DNA of 33,545 bases, from NCBI GenBank assembly GCA_018826405.1, contig JAHJZL010000048.1, positions 1-33,545 on the forward strand. Reading direction: 5' to 3'. The notes beneath the pieces are model-generated. The model did no database searches, was not told where the DNA came from, and saw nothing but the letters and a program-made list of their open reading frames with translations. The translations under genes were made by a program, and so were the position numbers. This document shows, in pieces, positions 9,645 to 17,697 of this stretch (positions are counted from its first letter, which is position 1; each line of letters opens with the position of its first letter). The DNA comes from Patescibacteria group bacterium (lineage in GTDB: Bacteria; Patescibacteriota; Minisyncoccia; Phycocordibacterales; Phycocordibacteraceae).

Positions 9645-10535
9645 ATGTGGCGGTCGCGAACATTCCTATGGTTCTCTCTCCTGGTACTGCTGTGCGTGCA
9701 GGGTGTTGTCTTAGTTGGGATAACCAACTTTGAGCATGAGCGGCTGCTCCAGGTATCTTTTCTTGATGTTGGACAAGGAGACGCCATTCTCATAACTGGA
9801 CCAACGGGTATTCAAATGCTCATAGACGGAGGGAGAGATCGGTCTGTTGTGCGGGAGTTGCCTAAAGTTATGAATCTTCTGGACAGAAAGATTGAGGTGC
9901 TGGTAGCAACGCACCCGGACGCGGATCACATCGGAGGACTTCCAGAAGTCCTGGAGAGGTATCAAATTTCATACATCGTAACCCCAGGAAGGGTGGGTGA
10001 GAGCGAAGTGTACGAGCAGTTCGTAGTAAGTGCTGCAAAGGAGCGGGGAGCACGGCAACTACTGGCGCGGGCAGGAATGCGCTTTCAGTTGGGGGACGGG
10101 GCATATGCAGACGTGCTCTATCCAGGAGACAATGTTTCCCAGCTTAGAGAGTCCAATGATGCGTCAATTGTTTTAAGAGTCGTATATAAAGATACGGAGT
10201 TCTTGCTGTCAGGAGATGCTCCGTCGTGGGTCGAAGACAGATTGGTTGCGCAGTATGGAGATGCGCTGCGTAGTGATGTGCTTAAGGCAGGACATCATGG
10301 TTCACGTACTTCAACCGATGCGTTGTGGCTCGCTGCAGTTAAGCCTCGGATCGTGGTTGTCTCTGCTGGCAGAGACAATAGTTACGGGCATCCGCACCCG
10401 GAGGTTCTGGAACGCATAGGAGCTACGGGGTCAGAAATAGTTTCAACAATAACGGACCAAACAATTACGTATGAATCTGACGGAGTAAGCGCTGCAGAGC
10501 GCGAAAAGTTGACGTGGACGTCTTGGTGGCGTTAA
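9645..10535 (+). CDS. ComEC/Rec2-related metallo-beta-lactamase domain protein with an N-terminal TM
   Basis: FLDVGQGDAILI, HPDADHIGG and AGHHGS are MBL-fold motifs of the ComEC C-terminal domain. Confidence 0.8.
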   Translation: MWRSRTFLWFSLLVLLCVQGVVLVGITNFEHERLLQVSFLDVGQGDAILITGPTGIQMLIDGGRDRSVVRELPKVMNLLDRKIEVLVATHPDADHIGGLPEVLERYQISYIVTPGRVGESEVYEQFVVSAAKERGARQLLARAGMRFQLGDGAYADVLYPGDNVSQLRESNDASIVLRVVYKDTEFLLSGDAPSWVEDRLVAQYGDALRSDVLKAGHHGSRTSTDALWLAAVKPRIVVVSAGRDNSYGHPHPEVLERIGATGSEIVSTITDQTITYESDGVSAAEREKLTWTSWWR

Positions 10536-10566
10536 CTAGGCAGGTGCCTATTTAGGAGGGAAGTAC

Positions 10567-10842
10567 GTGAAGACAAGTCAGGTGGTGGATCCTAAAGGGA
10601 GCGAGCGCTCCCTTCACAGATCCAGGCAGAAGGAGAAACGGTGGTACCGCATCATACTTCATGGCAAACCCAAGCTTCGGGTTAAGGCCGATGATGAGGA
10701 CGATCTGCTGTATGTCGCTGCCAATAAGCTGCAGGTCCCGGCCCCGCTCACCGAAACGAGCTTTCAGGAAGTTCAGGGCAAGAAAATTCTGGACGACAAC
10801 AATGTCCGGGTCTTCCCGCCGCTCCGAAGCGCCGTCCATTAA
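10567..10842 (+). CDS. hypothetical 91-aa protein (SD-bearing cassette gene A)
   Basis: AGGAGG at 10554-10559 lies 7 nt before GTG 10567. The stop is followed immediately by the terminator at 10847-10868. The region is G+C-rich. An antisense ORF is also open, so the strand is uncertain. Confidence 0.42.
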   Translation: MKTSQVVDPKGSERSLHRSRQKEKRWYRIILHGKPKLRVKADDEDDLLYVAANKLQVPAPLTETSFQEVQGKKILDDNNVRVFPPLRSAVH

Positions 10843-10846
10843 GAAC

Positions 10847-10868
10847 AAAACCGCCAGAGGCGGTTTTT
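10847..10868. terminator. bidirectional intrinsic terminator AAAACCGCC-AGA-GGCGGTTTTT
   Basis: Stem CCGCC/GGCGG flanked by an A-run and a T-run, lying between convergent ORF 10567-10842 and rpmB. Confidence 0.7.
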
Positions 10869-10871
10869 CCT

Positions 10872-11114
10872 TTATATAACTCCTGCTTTCTTGAGTGTGG
10901 CGTGTGCGCCGTTCTTCTTGATGTGTCGCATGCCCTTGGCGCTGATGTCGACGAGGATAGCCTTATCAAGCTCAGGAACGAAGATACGACGCTTCTGAAG
11001 GTTCGCTTTGCGGCGTACCTTTCCAGTTGGGTTGAATTGAGTAGCACGGGTACGGTTTGAATACCGTCCGCCGATTTGCGTACTCTTTCCGGTTACTGCG
11101 CATTCGCGTGCCAT
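10872..11114 (-). CDS. rpmB: 50S ribosomal protein L28
   Basis: MARECAVTGKSTQIGGRYSNRTRATQ..ANLQKRRIFVPE is typical L28. Confidence 0.9.
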   Translation of the reverse strand: MARECAVTGKSTQIGGRYSNRTRATQFNPTGKVRRKANLQKRRIFVPELDKAILVDISAKGMRHIKKNGAHATLKKAGVI

Positions 11115-11161
11115 AGTTCCCGCATGCTAGCATACAGAGACATATTTGAGCAACCTGACCT

Positions 11162-11791
11162 ATGTCCATGATTTTACTTACTATCGCAATCCTCATTATT
11201 TCCGTGATTATTCACGAAGTAGCGCACGGTTGGGCCGCTAACGCTCTTGGGGATCCGACGGCCAAATTACAGGGCCGTTTGTCGCTAAACCCGGTTCGCC
11301 ACATAGATCCGGTGGGATCAATCATCATTCCGGCCATCCTGGTTATTTCGCAATCGAGCTTTTTGTTTGGTTGGGCAAAGCCGGTTCCGTACAATCCCTA
11401 TAACCTAAAGAATCAACGCTGGGGGGAGGCCATTGTTGGATCAGCTGGAGTCTTAACAAACCTGTTTTTGGCAGTCGTGTTTGCGCTTATAACCCGCGCG
11501 GCAGCTGGAGCGGGGATGATGGAGTTCGCACTCCTGGCTGCCGTAGTAGTTTCAGTGAATCTCTCACTCGGAATATTTAACCTGCTCCCTATTCCGCCGC
11601 TTCATGGGTACACAGTACTCCGTGGTCTTCTTCCGTATAAGATGTCTATGGTATTTCGTGACTTTGAAGAGCGTATTGCGCGCGGAGGCATCTTCTCTTT
11701 GATCGCCATACTTTTCCTTTTCTCCTACTTTCTCTCAGCTCCGTTCGGGGCCTTCATCTCCGCAGTCTTTAAATTTCTAGTGGGAGTCTAG
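11162..11791 (+). CDS. site-2 protease family (peptidase M50) membrane metalloprotease
   Basis: HEVAHGWAA (HExxH) lies in the first TM. The protein is polytopic and hydrophobic, with the NLLPIPPLHG motif. Confidence 0.8.
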   Translation: MSMILLTIAILIISVIIHEVAHGWAANALGDPTAKLQGRLSLNPVRHIDPVGSIIIPAILVISQSSFLFGWAKPVPYNPYNLKNQRWGEAIVGSAGVLTNLFLAVVFALITRAAAGAGMMEFALLAAVVVSVNLSLGIFNLLPIPPLHGYTVLRGLLPYKMSMVFRDFEERIARGGIFSLIAILFLFSYFLSAPFGAFISAVFKFLVGV

Positions 11792-11815
11792 TATATAGAA
11801 CAATTGTTCTATATA
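11792..11815. promoter_or_regulatory. LexA operator (SOS box) overlapping the lexA promoter
   Basis: Perfect 24-nt palindrome TATATAGAAC-AATT-GTTCTATATA containing the GAAC-N4-GTTC core. It ends 8 nt before the lexA ATG. Confidence 0.75.
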
Positions 11816-11823
11816 CTGTGTGA

Positions 11824-12390
11824 ATGCAACAAGACCGACTAAGTAAGGTGCTTGCGTTTTATCGTGCGCATAAACGAATGCCGGGCATTACGGAGCTCAT
11901 GAAGCTTTTTAAGCTTAAATCAAGAAGTTCGGCTTTTTATATTGCACGTAAGTTAGTAGAGGAAGGGGTTCTTGAGAAGGACGCGACAGGAAAGCTCATT
12001 CCCGCAGCAGGACTTTTTAGCATTCCGCTTCTGGGACATATTCGTGCAGGATTTGCAGCACCTGCAGAAGAGGAGTTGGCAGATACTATTTCGCTCGGAG
12101 ACTATTTGTTAGACAACCCTAATGCGAGTTACTTGTTGCAAGTGTCTGGAGACTCTATGGAAGATGCCGGCATTCGTGAAGGAGATATGGTTGTGTTTGA
12201 GCGGACACAAGATGTTAAGCCAGGGAATATTGTTGTTGCCCTTACTGAAGACGGGTACACGTTGAAGTATTTGAGGAAGCGAGGGAAGGGTTTTTATCTC
12301 GAGGCAGCCAACAGCAAGTATCCAGACATGCACCCGCGAGAGGGGGAGATTATAGGAAGAGTTACCTCTACGTTTCGTAAGTACACATAA
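11824..12390 (+). CDS. lexA: LexA repressor (S24 peptidase)
   Basis: N-terminal winged-helix region, then VSGDSMEDAGIREGDMVVFER and a downstream LKYLRK, the Ser/Lys dyad. Confidence 0.85.
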   Translation: MQQDRLSKVLAFYRAHKRMPGITELMKLFKLKSRSSAFYIARKLVEEGVLEKDATGKLIPAAGLFSIPLLGHIRAGFAAPAEEELADTISLGDYLLDNPNASYLLQVSGDSMEDAGIREGDMVVFERTQDVKPGNIVVALTEDGYTLKYLRKRGKGFYLEAANSKYPDMHPREGEIIGRVTSTFRKYT

Positions 12391-12394
12391 AGAT

Positions 12395-13669
12395 ATGGAG
12401 CGTACGTCTTCGTATCCGCGTGCCATCCTGCATTTTGATGGAGATGCGTTTTTTGCATCAGTTGAGCAGGCGAAGGATTGGCGGCTGCGGGGGAGGCCTG
12501 TGGTTACTGGCGGGGAGCGAGGAGCGGCGACCTCTCTTTCATATGAGGCTAAGGCGCGCGGTGTTCACCGCAGCATGCCCATGCGAGATATACGGAGGAT
12601 TTGCCCGGATGTAGTTGTTGTCTCTTCTGACTACACGTCGTATTCCATATTCGCGCGTCGCATGTATGCCATTGTGCGGGAGTACACCGATGCAGTTGAG
12701 GAATACAGCATTGATGAGTGTTTTGCGGACATCACGGGGCTGGAGCAGTCTCTGGGCATGTCCTACGAAGAAATTGGAAAAGCAATTAAAGCGAAATTGG
12801 AAACAAGTCTTGGAATTACGTTTGGCGTAGGGCTTTCAGTTACTAAGACGCTTGCTAAGGTTGCGTCCAAACACAGAAAGCCTGCGGGCTTTACTACAAT
12901 TCCTGTAGAAGAGATCGAAGATTATTTACAACAAACAGAGATTTATGATGTGTGGGGATTGGGCGGAGCATCTGGTACGCACCTGCGCGCCTCTGGAGTT
13001 ACAACAGCACTTGAATACATTCAAAAAGACGAGGGATGGCTAAAGGATCATGGCATCGTAAAGCCTCAGCGAGCAACGTGGCTTGAGTTACGTGGACACT
13101 CAGTGCTTTCGCTTGGTAGTGGAGTCCGCGCTCTTCCGCACTCTGTTATGAAGACTCGCACATTTTCGCCCCCTTCTATGGATAGAGCATATATATTTGC
13201 GCAGCTCTCAAAGAATGTGGAGGCTGCGTGTGTGAAATTACGTAAGGAAGGTGTTAAGGCGCATGCGCTCAGTTTTTATTTGAAGACACAGGAGTTTACG
13301 TATCACGGAATTCAGATGGAGTTTCCAGTTGCGCTGTCTGCGCCTTCGCAACTGCTCGCACACATTCAGACAAGATTTGATGAAGTATACGTGTCAGATA
13401 TTTTATATAGAGCGAGCGGTGTAACCCTGCGCGCGCTTGTTCCAGACACGGCAGTTACACTCGACTTGTTTGGAGAGTTTGATCAGCTTTCAGAAAAACA
13501 AGAAACGTTTGTGGCTTTGGACGCATTGAATAAGAAGTTTGGGCGGCACACTGTTTTCTTGGCTTCCAGCATGCAGGCGCTTGGAACTGAGACGAAAGAG
13601 CGCTTCTTGCGATCTGGCCCGCAGTTTAAGAAGCGCATTAATATTCCGTACCTAGGAGTAGTTACATAA
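12395..13669 (+). CDS. Y-family DNA polymerase (DinB/UmuC-like)
   Basis: ILHFDGDAFFASVEQ and SIDECFADITG catalytic motifs. It lies 4 nt downstream of lexA. Confidence 0.88.
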   Translation: MERTSSYPRAILHFDGDAFFASVEQAKDWRLRGRPVVTGGERGAATSLSYEAKARGVHRSMPMRDIRRICPDVVVVSSDYTSYSIFARRMYAIVREYTDAVEEYSIDECFADITGLEQSLGMSYEEIGKAIKAKLETSLGITFGVGLSVTKTLAKVASKHRKPAGFTTIPVEEIEDYLQQTEIYDVWGLGGASGTHLRASGVTTALEYIQKDEGWLKDHGIVKPQRATWLELRGHSVLSLGSGVRALPHSVMKTRTFSPPSMDRAYIFAQLSKNVEAACVKLRKEGVKAHALSFYLKTQEFTYHGIQMEFPVALSAPSQLLAHIQTRFDEVYVSDILYRASGVTLRALVPDTAVTLDLFGEFDQLSEKQETFVALDALNKKFGRHTVFLASSMQALGTETKERFLRSGPQFKKRINIPYLGVVT

Positions 13670-13678
13670 AAAGCACCC

Positions 13679-13948
13679 CTAAAGTGGCGGGGTGCGTGAT
13701 GGGTGGCGCTCTTCATACTCAAGCATGAGAGCCCGTTCCAGGATCCTTCTTCCCTCAGGCGAATTGTGTGTGAAGGGAAGGTCCAGTTCCTTGTATTTGG
13801 TGTGGGCTATTTTTTCGGCCTCTCTGCTTTTGAAAGAGCCTCCTTCAGCGAGTGTGAGCAGTAGGTCTGCCTGATGTTCATACAGACGGCTGAGTTTTTT
13901 GACGAGCTTCTTTGCGAGAGATTCCTCGCTTGGCGAAAGTGTTGCCAT
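13679..13948 (-). CDS. hypothetical 89-aa helical protein (SD-bearing cassette gene)
   Basis: AAAGGAGG lies 8 nt before ATG 13948. A GCACCCC/GGGGTGC hairpin plus T-run overlaps the last codons. Confidence 0.55.
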   Translation of the reverse strand: MATLSPSEESLAKKLVKKLSRLYEHQADLLLTLAEGGSFKSREAEKIAHTKYKELDLPFTHNSPEGRRILERALMLEYEERHPSRTPPL

Positions 13949-14031
13949 AAGTTGTGCCTCCTTTCAGGAAGTAGACAGGTGTGTCTGGCGCCCTTATGGG
14001 TCTGTATAAATTATGTTATAAATCCATATAT

Positions 14032-14892
14032 ATGCAAGAGTCACGCATAACTCGTCTGGCGGCGTACGCACCAGCTGTATTTGGGGGAGTTGTACTGCTA
14101 GCTGTCCTAGTTGCTGTCGCAACAGCTCCGCAACTCTCTCCTGGAGCATTTCCTGCGGCTGTAGTCTCAGGTTCAGTCTTTTCACTTACGAATCAAGAGC
14201 GAGCTCAAGAGGGAGTGCCTGCACTTATACGCAACGTGAAGCTTGATCGAGCTGCGCAGTTGAAGGCAGAGGACATGGCGTCTAAGGCGTACTATGCACA
14301 CGTCTCTCCGGAAGGACTTACGCCCATGCACTTCGTTGATCGCGCGGGGTACAGCTACATCATGGTTGGAGAGAATTTAGTTGTTAACAGAGAGTCTGCT
14401 GAGGATGTGGTCAGTGCGTTTATGGGGTCATCCGGGCACCGCACAAATATCCTTCGTTCTGAGTTTACGGAAATAGGTGTTGGAGTTGCGGAAGGTACGT
14501 ATAAAGGAAGGAGTGCAATGTTTGTTGTGCAAATCTTTGCTGCGCCAAGACCAGAAGCTCCAAAGCCGCTTCCTACAAAAGTTGTCTCTATTGAAGAGAA
14601 GATAATTTTGCCAAAGAAGCCTGTACCTCTGCCAGCTCCATTGCCAGCGCTTGCTGAAGAGGTTGAGAAAGTTGTAGCGCCACTCCTAACTCCAGCACCT
14701 CCTGCAACCTCTACAGCTACAAGCACAATGCCGAACGAGAGCTTCACTTTAGCTCCAGCGTTCTCAATATCGGCTGCAAAGCCTATTGAGCTAAGTGTTC
14801 CGGTACAGGTACAGCCAACTTCTTTGAGAGACAGAGCAAAACAGTCTTTGCGTGCATGGGTACAGCAACTACAAGCACGCTTTGCGTTTTAA
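14032..14892 (+). CDS. CAP/SCP (YkwD-like) domain protein with an N-terminal TM and a Pro/Ala-rich C-terminal tail
   Basis: NQERAQEGVPAL, AQLKAEDMA, GENL, GHRTNIL and EIGVGV. ATG 14032 was chosen ahead of the TM helix. Confidence 0.75.
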   Translation: MQESRITRLAAYAPAVFGGVVLLAVLVAVATAPQLSPGAFPAAVVSGSVFSLTNQERAQEGVPALIRNVKLDRAAQLKAEDMASKAYYAHVSPEGLTPMHFVDRAGYSYIMVGENLVVNRESAEDVVSAFMGSSGHRTNILRSEFTEIGVGVAEGTYKGRSAMFVVQIFAAPRPEAPKPLPTKVVSIEEKIILPKKPVPLPAPLPALAEEVEKVVAPLLTPAPPATSTATSTMPNESFTLAPAFSISAAKPIELSVPVQVQPTSLRDRAKQSLRAWVQQLQARFAF

Positions 14893-15353
14893 GTTCTGCG
14901 GTATCGCGCAACGAGTTCTATACGCTCAAGCACGTGTCCTTCAAGAGCCTCCTCAATGTGTTCTCTGGACGATCCAGCTTCAAGATTAAGCATGGAGTCT
15001 AGGGCAAACAGTTTAAAGAAATAGCGATGCTCTGCGGGATCGTATTCAGGAGGCGGGCAGGGTCCCGTGTACTGCGCTTCTCCTCGCGTGTTCATCCCCA
15101 AGTGTCCTGGGTGTGTACCCTCTGGGATGCCTTCAGTGTCAGCCGGAATGTCGAACAGTACCCAATGTGTAAAAAGTTTTTCAGGCATCACCTCTACAGG
15201 AACATCTGGATCATCAACTATAAGTACGAAGGACTTCGTTCCCTCAGGAGGGTTTTCAATATATAGAGGCGGCGACAAGAAACGGTCTCCGTCACAGGTG
15301 TACTTTGCTGGGATAAGACCGTCCTCTTCAAATACTGGGCTGGTTAGGTTCAT
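14889..15353 (-). CDS. YbhB/YbcL-family PEBP (phosphatidylethanolamine-binding-like) protein
   Basis: CDGDRFLSPPL, VDDPDVP, HWVLFDIP, YTGPCPP and HRYFFKLFALD. Confidence 0.85.
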   Translation of the reverse strand: MNLTSPVFEEDGLIPAKYTCDGDRFLSPPLYIENPPEGTKSFVLIVDDPDVPVEVMPEKLFTHWVLFDIPADTEGIPEGTHPGHLGMNTRGEAQYTGPCPPPEYDPAEHRYFFKLFALDSMLNLEAGSSREHIEEALEGHVLERIELVARYRRT

Positions 15354-15392
15354 TCTTTAAGTGTAGCGTACGTGGAATGAATGATTGATGAG

Positions 15393-15812
15393 CTAGCGCT
15401 TTTTTCTTTTGAGCTTAAGTGTTTTTATCAAGATAGCGAGAGCACCGATTACTGAAAAGAGTATTCCGCAAAATTGCGCAATACTATCCTTCTCCAGCCA
15501 CCAGAAGCTAAACCAGGACCCACTATCTACAGGAATCTTATATATAAGAATGGCACTGAACAAAGCCCAGAAGAAGGAATAGCGGAACCAGGTCTTGAAT
15601 ACTTCTTTCTTTGTGAAGATTGCGAGGAATGCTCCGGGGAGGGCGTAGAGGGAAAAGAGCAGGGCGGGTTGGAGTAACGAAGGCCCGTAACCTTTTAGAG
15701 GTGCGTAAAATGAACACTCGGGATCTGTTACACAACCGAGCCCAAAATAGCTTATATAGGACAGGATTCCTAAAATAAGTAAGGGGAGCGACTGTAATAG
15801 CTTTATTTTCAT
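15393..15812 (-). CDS. hypothetical integral membrane protein
   Basis: About four hydrophobic helices and a basic C-terminus, KLKRKKR. The start is uncertain (15812 or 15884). Confidence 0.5.
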   Translation of the reverse strand: MKIKLLQSLPLLILGILSYISYFGLGCVTDPECSFYAPLKGYGPSLLQPALLFSLYALPGAFLAIFTKKEVFKTWFRYSFFWALFSAILIYKIPVDSGSWFSFWWLEKDSIAQFCGILFSVIGALAILIKTLKLKRKKR

Positions 15813-15929
15813 AATTCGTCCGACATGAGGGAGCAGGCCACGACTAATCTGCCAAACAGAAAATTCATATACAAACGGTAGCATGAAGAATTCACTGGGA
15901 GTTCAGATATGCACCAGTATAGGAAATGG

Positions 15930-15958
15930 TTGCATTTCCACGGCAGCTCTTATATAGT
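15930..15958 (+). promoter_or_regulatory. rpsL promoter TTGCAT-N17-TATAGT
   Basis: -35 at 15930-15935 and -10 at 15953-15958, with a 17-nt spacer. The same hexamers occur upstream of rplC. Confidence 0.5.
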
Positions 15959-15994
15959 GCTTTTAGCTCCCACGGGGGAGTTTTCATTTGCTGC

Positions 15995-16405
15995 ATGTCA
16001 ACAATAAATCAACTCACCAAGAAAGCCCGAAAGAATACAACCAAGAAAACTAAGGTTGTGGCTCTTGGTCGTGGATTTAATGCACTTAAGAACCGTCCTA
16101 CCTTCTATCCTGCTCCGTTTAAGCGCGGTGTATGTGTGAAAGTAACGACAAAAACCCCTCGTAAGCCTAACTCTGCTATTCGTAAGATCGCCCGTGTGCG
16201 CCTTACAAACGGCATGGAAGTAACGGCATATATCCCTGGAGAGGGACACAACCTCCAAGAGCACTCAGTAGTTATGCTTCGCGGTGGACGCGTGAAGGAC
16301 ATTGGTGTTCAGTACACTATCGTTCGTGGACGTCTCGATACTGCAGGACTTGATAAGCGCCGCCGTGGACGTTCTAAGTATGGAGCTAAGAAGCCTAAGG
16401 CATAG
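15995..16405 (+). CDS. rpsL: 30S ribosomal protein S12
   Basis: MSTINQL.., [11 protein letters not shown] and [21 protein letters not shown]. Starts at the internal ATG 15995. Confidence 0.93.
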   Translation: MSTINQLTKKARKNTTKKTKVVALGRGFNALKNRPTFYPAPFKRGVCVKVTTKTPRKPNSAIRKIARVRLTNGMEVTAYIPGEGHNLQEHSVVMLRGGRVKDIGVQYTIVRGRLDTAGLDKRRRGRSKYGAKKPKA

Positions 16406-16417
16406 TTTTAAAACATC

Positions 16418-16882
16418 ATGCGACACCCAGTAAAGAACAAGTACCCACGCCGCCCGGACCTCGTCTATCAGTCCGAAGCTATTTCACGCTTCATCAACAC
16501 TGTTATGTGGGACGGAAAGAAGGATACTGCTACTAAGCTCGTATACGATGCACTTGATATCATCAAGGCACAGGAAATGGAGCCACTTGAGACATTTGAG
16601 ACTGCAATCCGCAACGTATCTCCTCTTATGGAAGTCCGCTCACGTCGTGTGGGAGGTGCTAACTACCAGGTTCCTCGCGAGGTTCCTCAGCAGCGCCGTG
16701 TATCTCTTGCATACCGCTGGCTCATTAATGCAGCTCGCTCCCAGAAGGGAAAGCCTATGGCTCAGAAGCTCGCAAATGAGATTCTCCTTGCAGCAAAAAA
16801 CGAAGGAACTGCAATCAAGAAGAAGGACGACATGCACCGCATGGCAGACGCCAACAAGGCTTTCGCACACTTCGCCTGGTAA
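16418..16882 (+). CDS. rpsG: 30S ribosomal protein S7
   Basis: EVRSRRVGGANYQVP and KAFAHFAW at the C-terminus. Confidence 0.95.
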   Translation: MRHPVKNKYPRRPDLVYQSEAISRFINTVMWDGKKDTATKLVYDALDIIKAQEMEPLETFETAIRNVSPLMEVRSRRVGGANYQVPREVPQQRRVSLAYRWLINAARSQKGKPMAQKLANEILLAAKNEGTAIKKKDDMHRMADANKAFAHFAW

Positions 16883-16885
16883 CAA

Positions 16886-16925
16886 ACCATCAAAAGACCG
16901 CCCTACGAGGCGGTTTTTTGATGGT
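16886..16925 (+). terminator. intrinsic terminator after rpsG
   Basis: ACCATCAAAAGACCGCC-CTACGA-GGCGGTTTTTTGATGGT: a long stem with a T6 run. Confidence 0.75.
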
Positions 16926-17016
16926 ACTTATCCCTGGCAAGTACTGTCCAATGGCTTACTATTAAAAATGGGTAGCAGATCGTTGTCCGGTTGAATATTT
17001 TGTTGAGGAGGGATTG

Positions 17017-17232
17017 ATGGTTGTTTCCAAAGCAAAGCGCCTTGTTTTTGTCTGTGCTGGATGCTCGGTGCTGTTGTCAGTTCTCGTGGGCTGCGCAGGC
17101 TTTGCGGCTCATTTTTGGCCAGACCAGGCGAACAACATGCTGGTGTTTGGCGTAGCCGCCTGTACTTTGCTGGGAGCGATTGTGCTTCTGTGCGCCGCCA
17201 TTCATCTGACTTCGGCTGGCAGACTCCACTGA
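17017..17232 (+). CDS. small hydrophobic protein (~71 aa, two hydrophobic segments, possible LVGC lipobox)
   Basis: GAGGAGGG at 17005-17012. Basic N-terminus, then hydrophobic VFVCAGCSVLLSVLVGC, a second TM LVFGVAACTLLGAIVLLCAAI, and a 13-bp hairpin downstream. Confidence 0.55.
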   Translation: MVVSKAKRLVFVCAGCSVLLSVLVGCAGFAAHFWPDQANNMLVFGVAACTLLGAIVLLCAAIHLTSAGRLH

Positions 17233-17247
17233 ACCGCAAAAACAAAG

Positions 17248-17283
17248 GGGCCCGGATTGCAGCGATATGCGCAATCCGGGCCC
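17248..17283 (+). terminator. strong hairpin (13-bp perfect stem) after ORF 17017-17232
   Basis: GGGCCCGGATTGC-N10-GCAATCCGGGCCC followed by TTAAACTTT. The T-run is weak. Confidence 0.5.
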
Positions 17284-17368
17284 TTAAACTTTACATATAT
17301 AGGTTCTAGGAGTACTTTTTCAGTTCAACTGAAGTCCTTTCAGTTGGAAGTTCAAGGAGGGAAGAGAG

Positions 17369-17578
17369 ATGTCGCTTAAGAAGATGCTTGGTGTTCCGGT
17401 GCTGATTTCGGCCGGGCTCGCGCTCATCATCGCTGCCACCAATACGATCGCACATGCAGGTGGCGCGAAGACGCCCGAAGACCAGCTGGTGATCGCCTTC
17501 GGTCTCGGCGTCGGGATCTGCATCCTTTTCGGTGCTGGCTTCCTGGCTGCCTGGCCGAAGAAGCCTCAGCAGTTCTGA
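17369..17578 (+). CDS. small two-TM membrane protein (69 aa)
   Basis: AAGGAGGG lies 7 nt before the ATG. TM1 is VPVLISAGLALIIAA and TM2 is LVIAFGLGVGICILFGAGFLAA. A terminator lies downstream. Confidence 0.6.
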   Translation: MSLKKMLGVPVLISAGLALIIAATNTIAHAGGAKTPEDQLVIAFGLGVGICILFGAGFLAAWPKKPQQF

Positions 17579-17594
17579 CCAACAGAACACACAA

Positions 17595-17626
17595 GTCCGG
17601 TCGCCATGCGCGCCCGGGCTTTTTTC
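17595..17626 (+). terminator. intrinsic terminator after ORF 17369-17578
   Basis: GTCCGG..CCGGGC stem with one G-U pair, followed by TTTTTTC. Confidence 0.6.
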
Positions 17627-17697
17627 TTGCCTTTTCCTGCTGCTAAACGTATCTTATAGCTAACGCCCTGGCGGCTTTTATTTTATTTATACCTACT

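Noticed and set aside
10552-10848. 98-aa minus-strand ORF overlapping the 91-aa plus-strand ORF
   Set aside because: It starts at a TTG/ATG inside the terminator stem and has no SD. The plus-strand ORF has AGGAGG and a proper terminator. The strand is still not settled, so I kept it as a caveat.
11121-11130. 10-nt palindrome ATGCTAGCAT between the divergent rpmB and M50 protease genes
   Set aside because: It is too short to distinguish from chance, and I found no second copy.
16548-16994. 148-aa alternative-frame ORF over rpsG
   Set aside because: It lies out of frame inside a clearly recognisable S7 gene, and its product is low-complexity.
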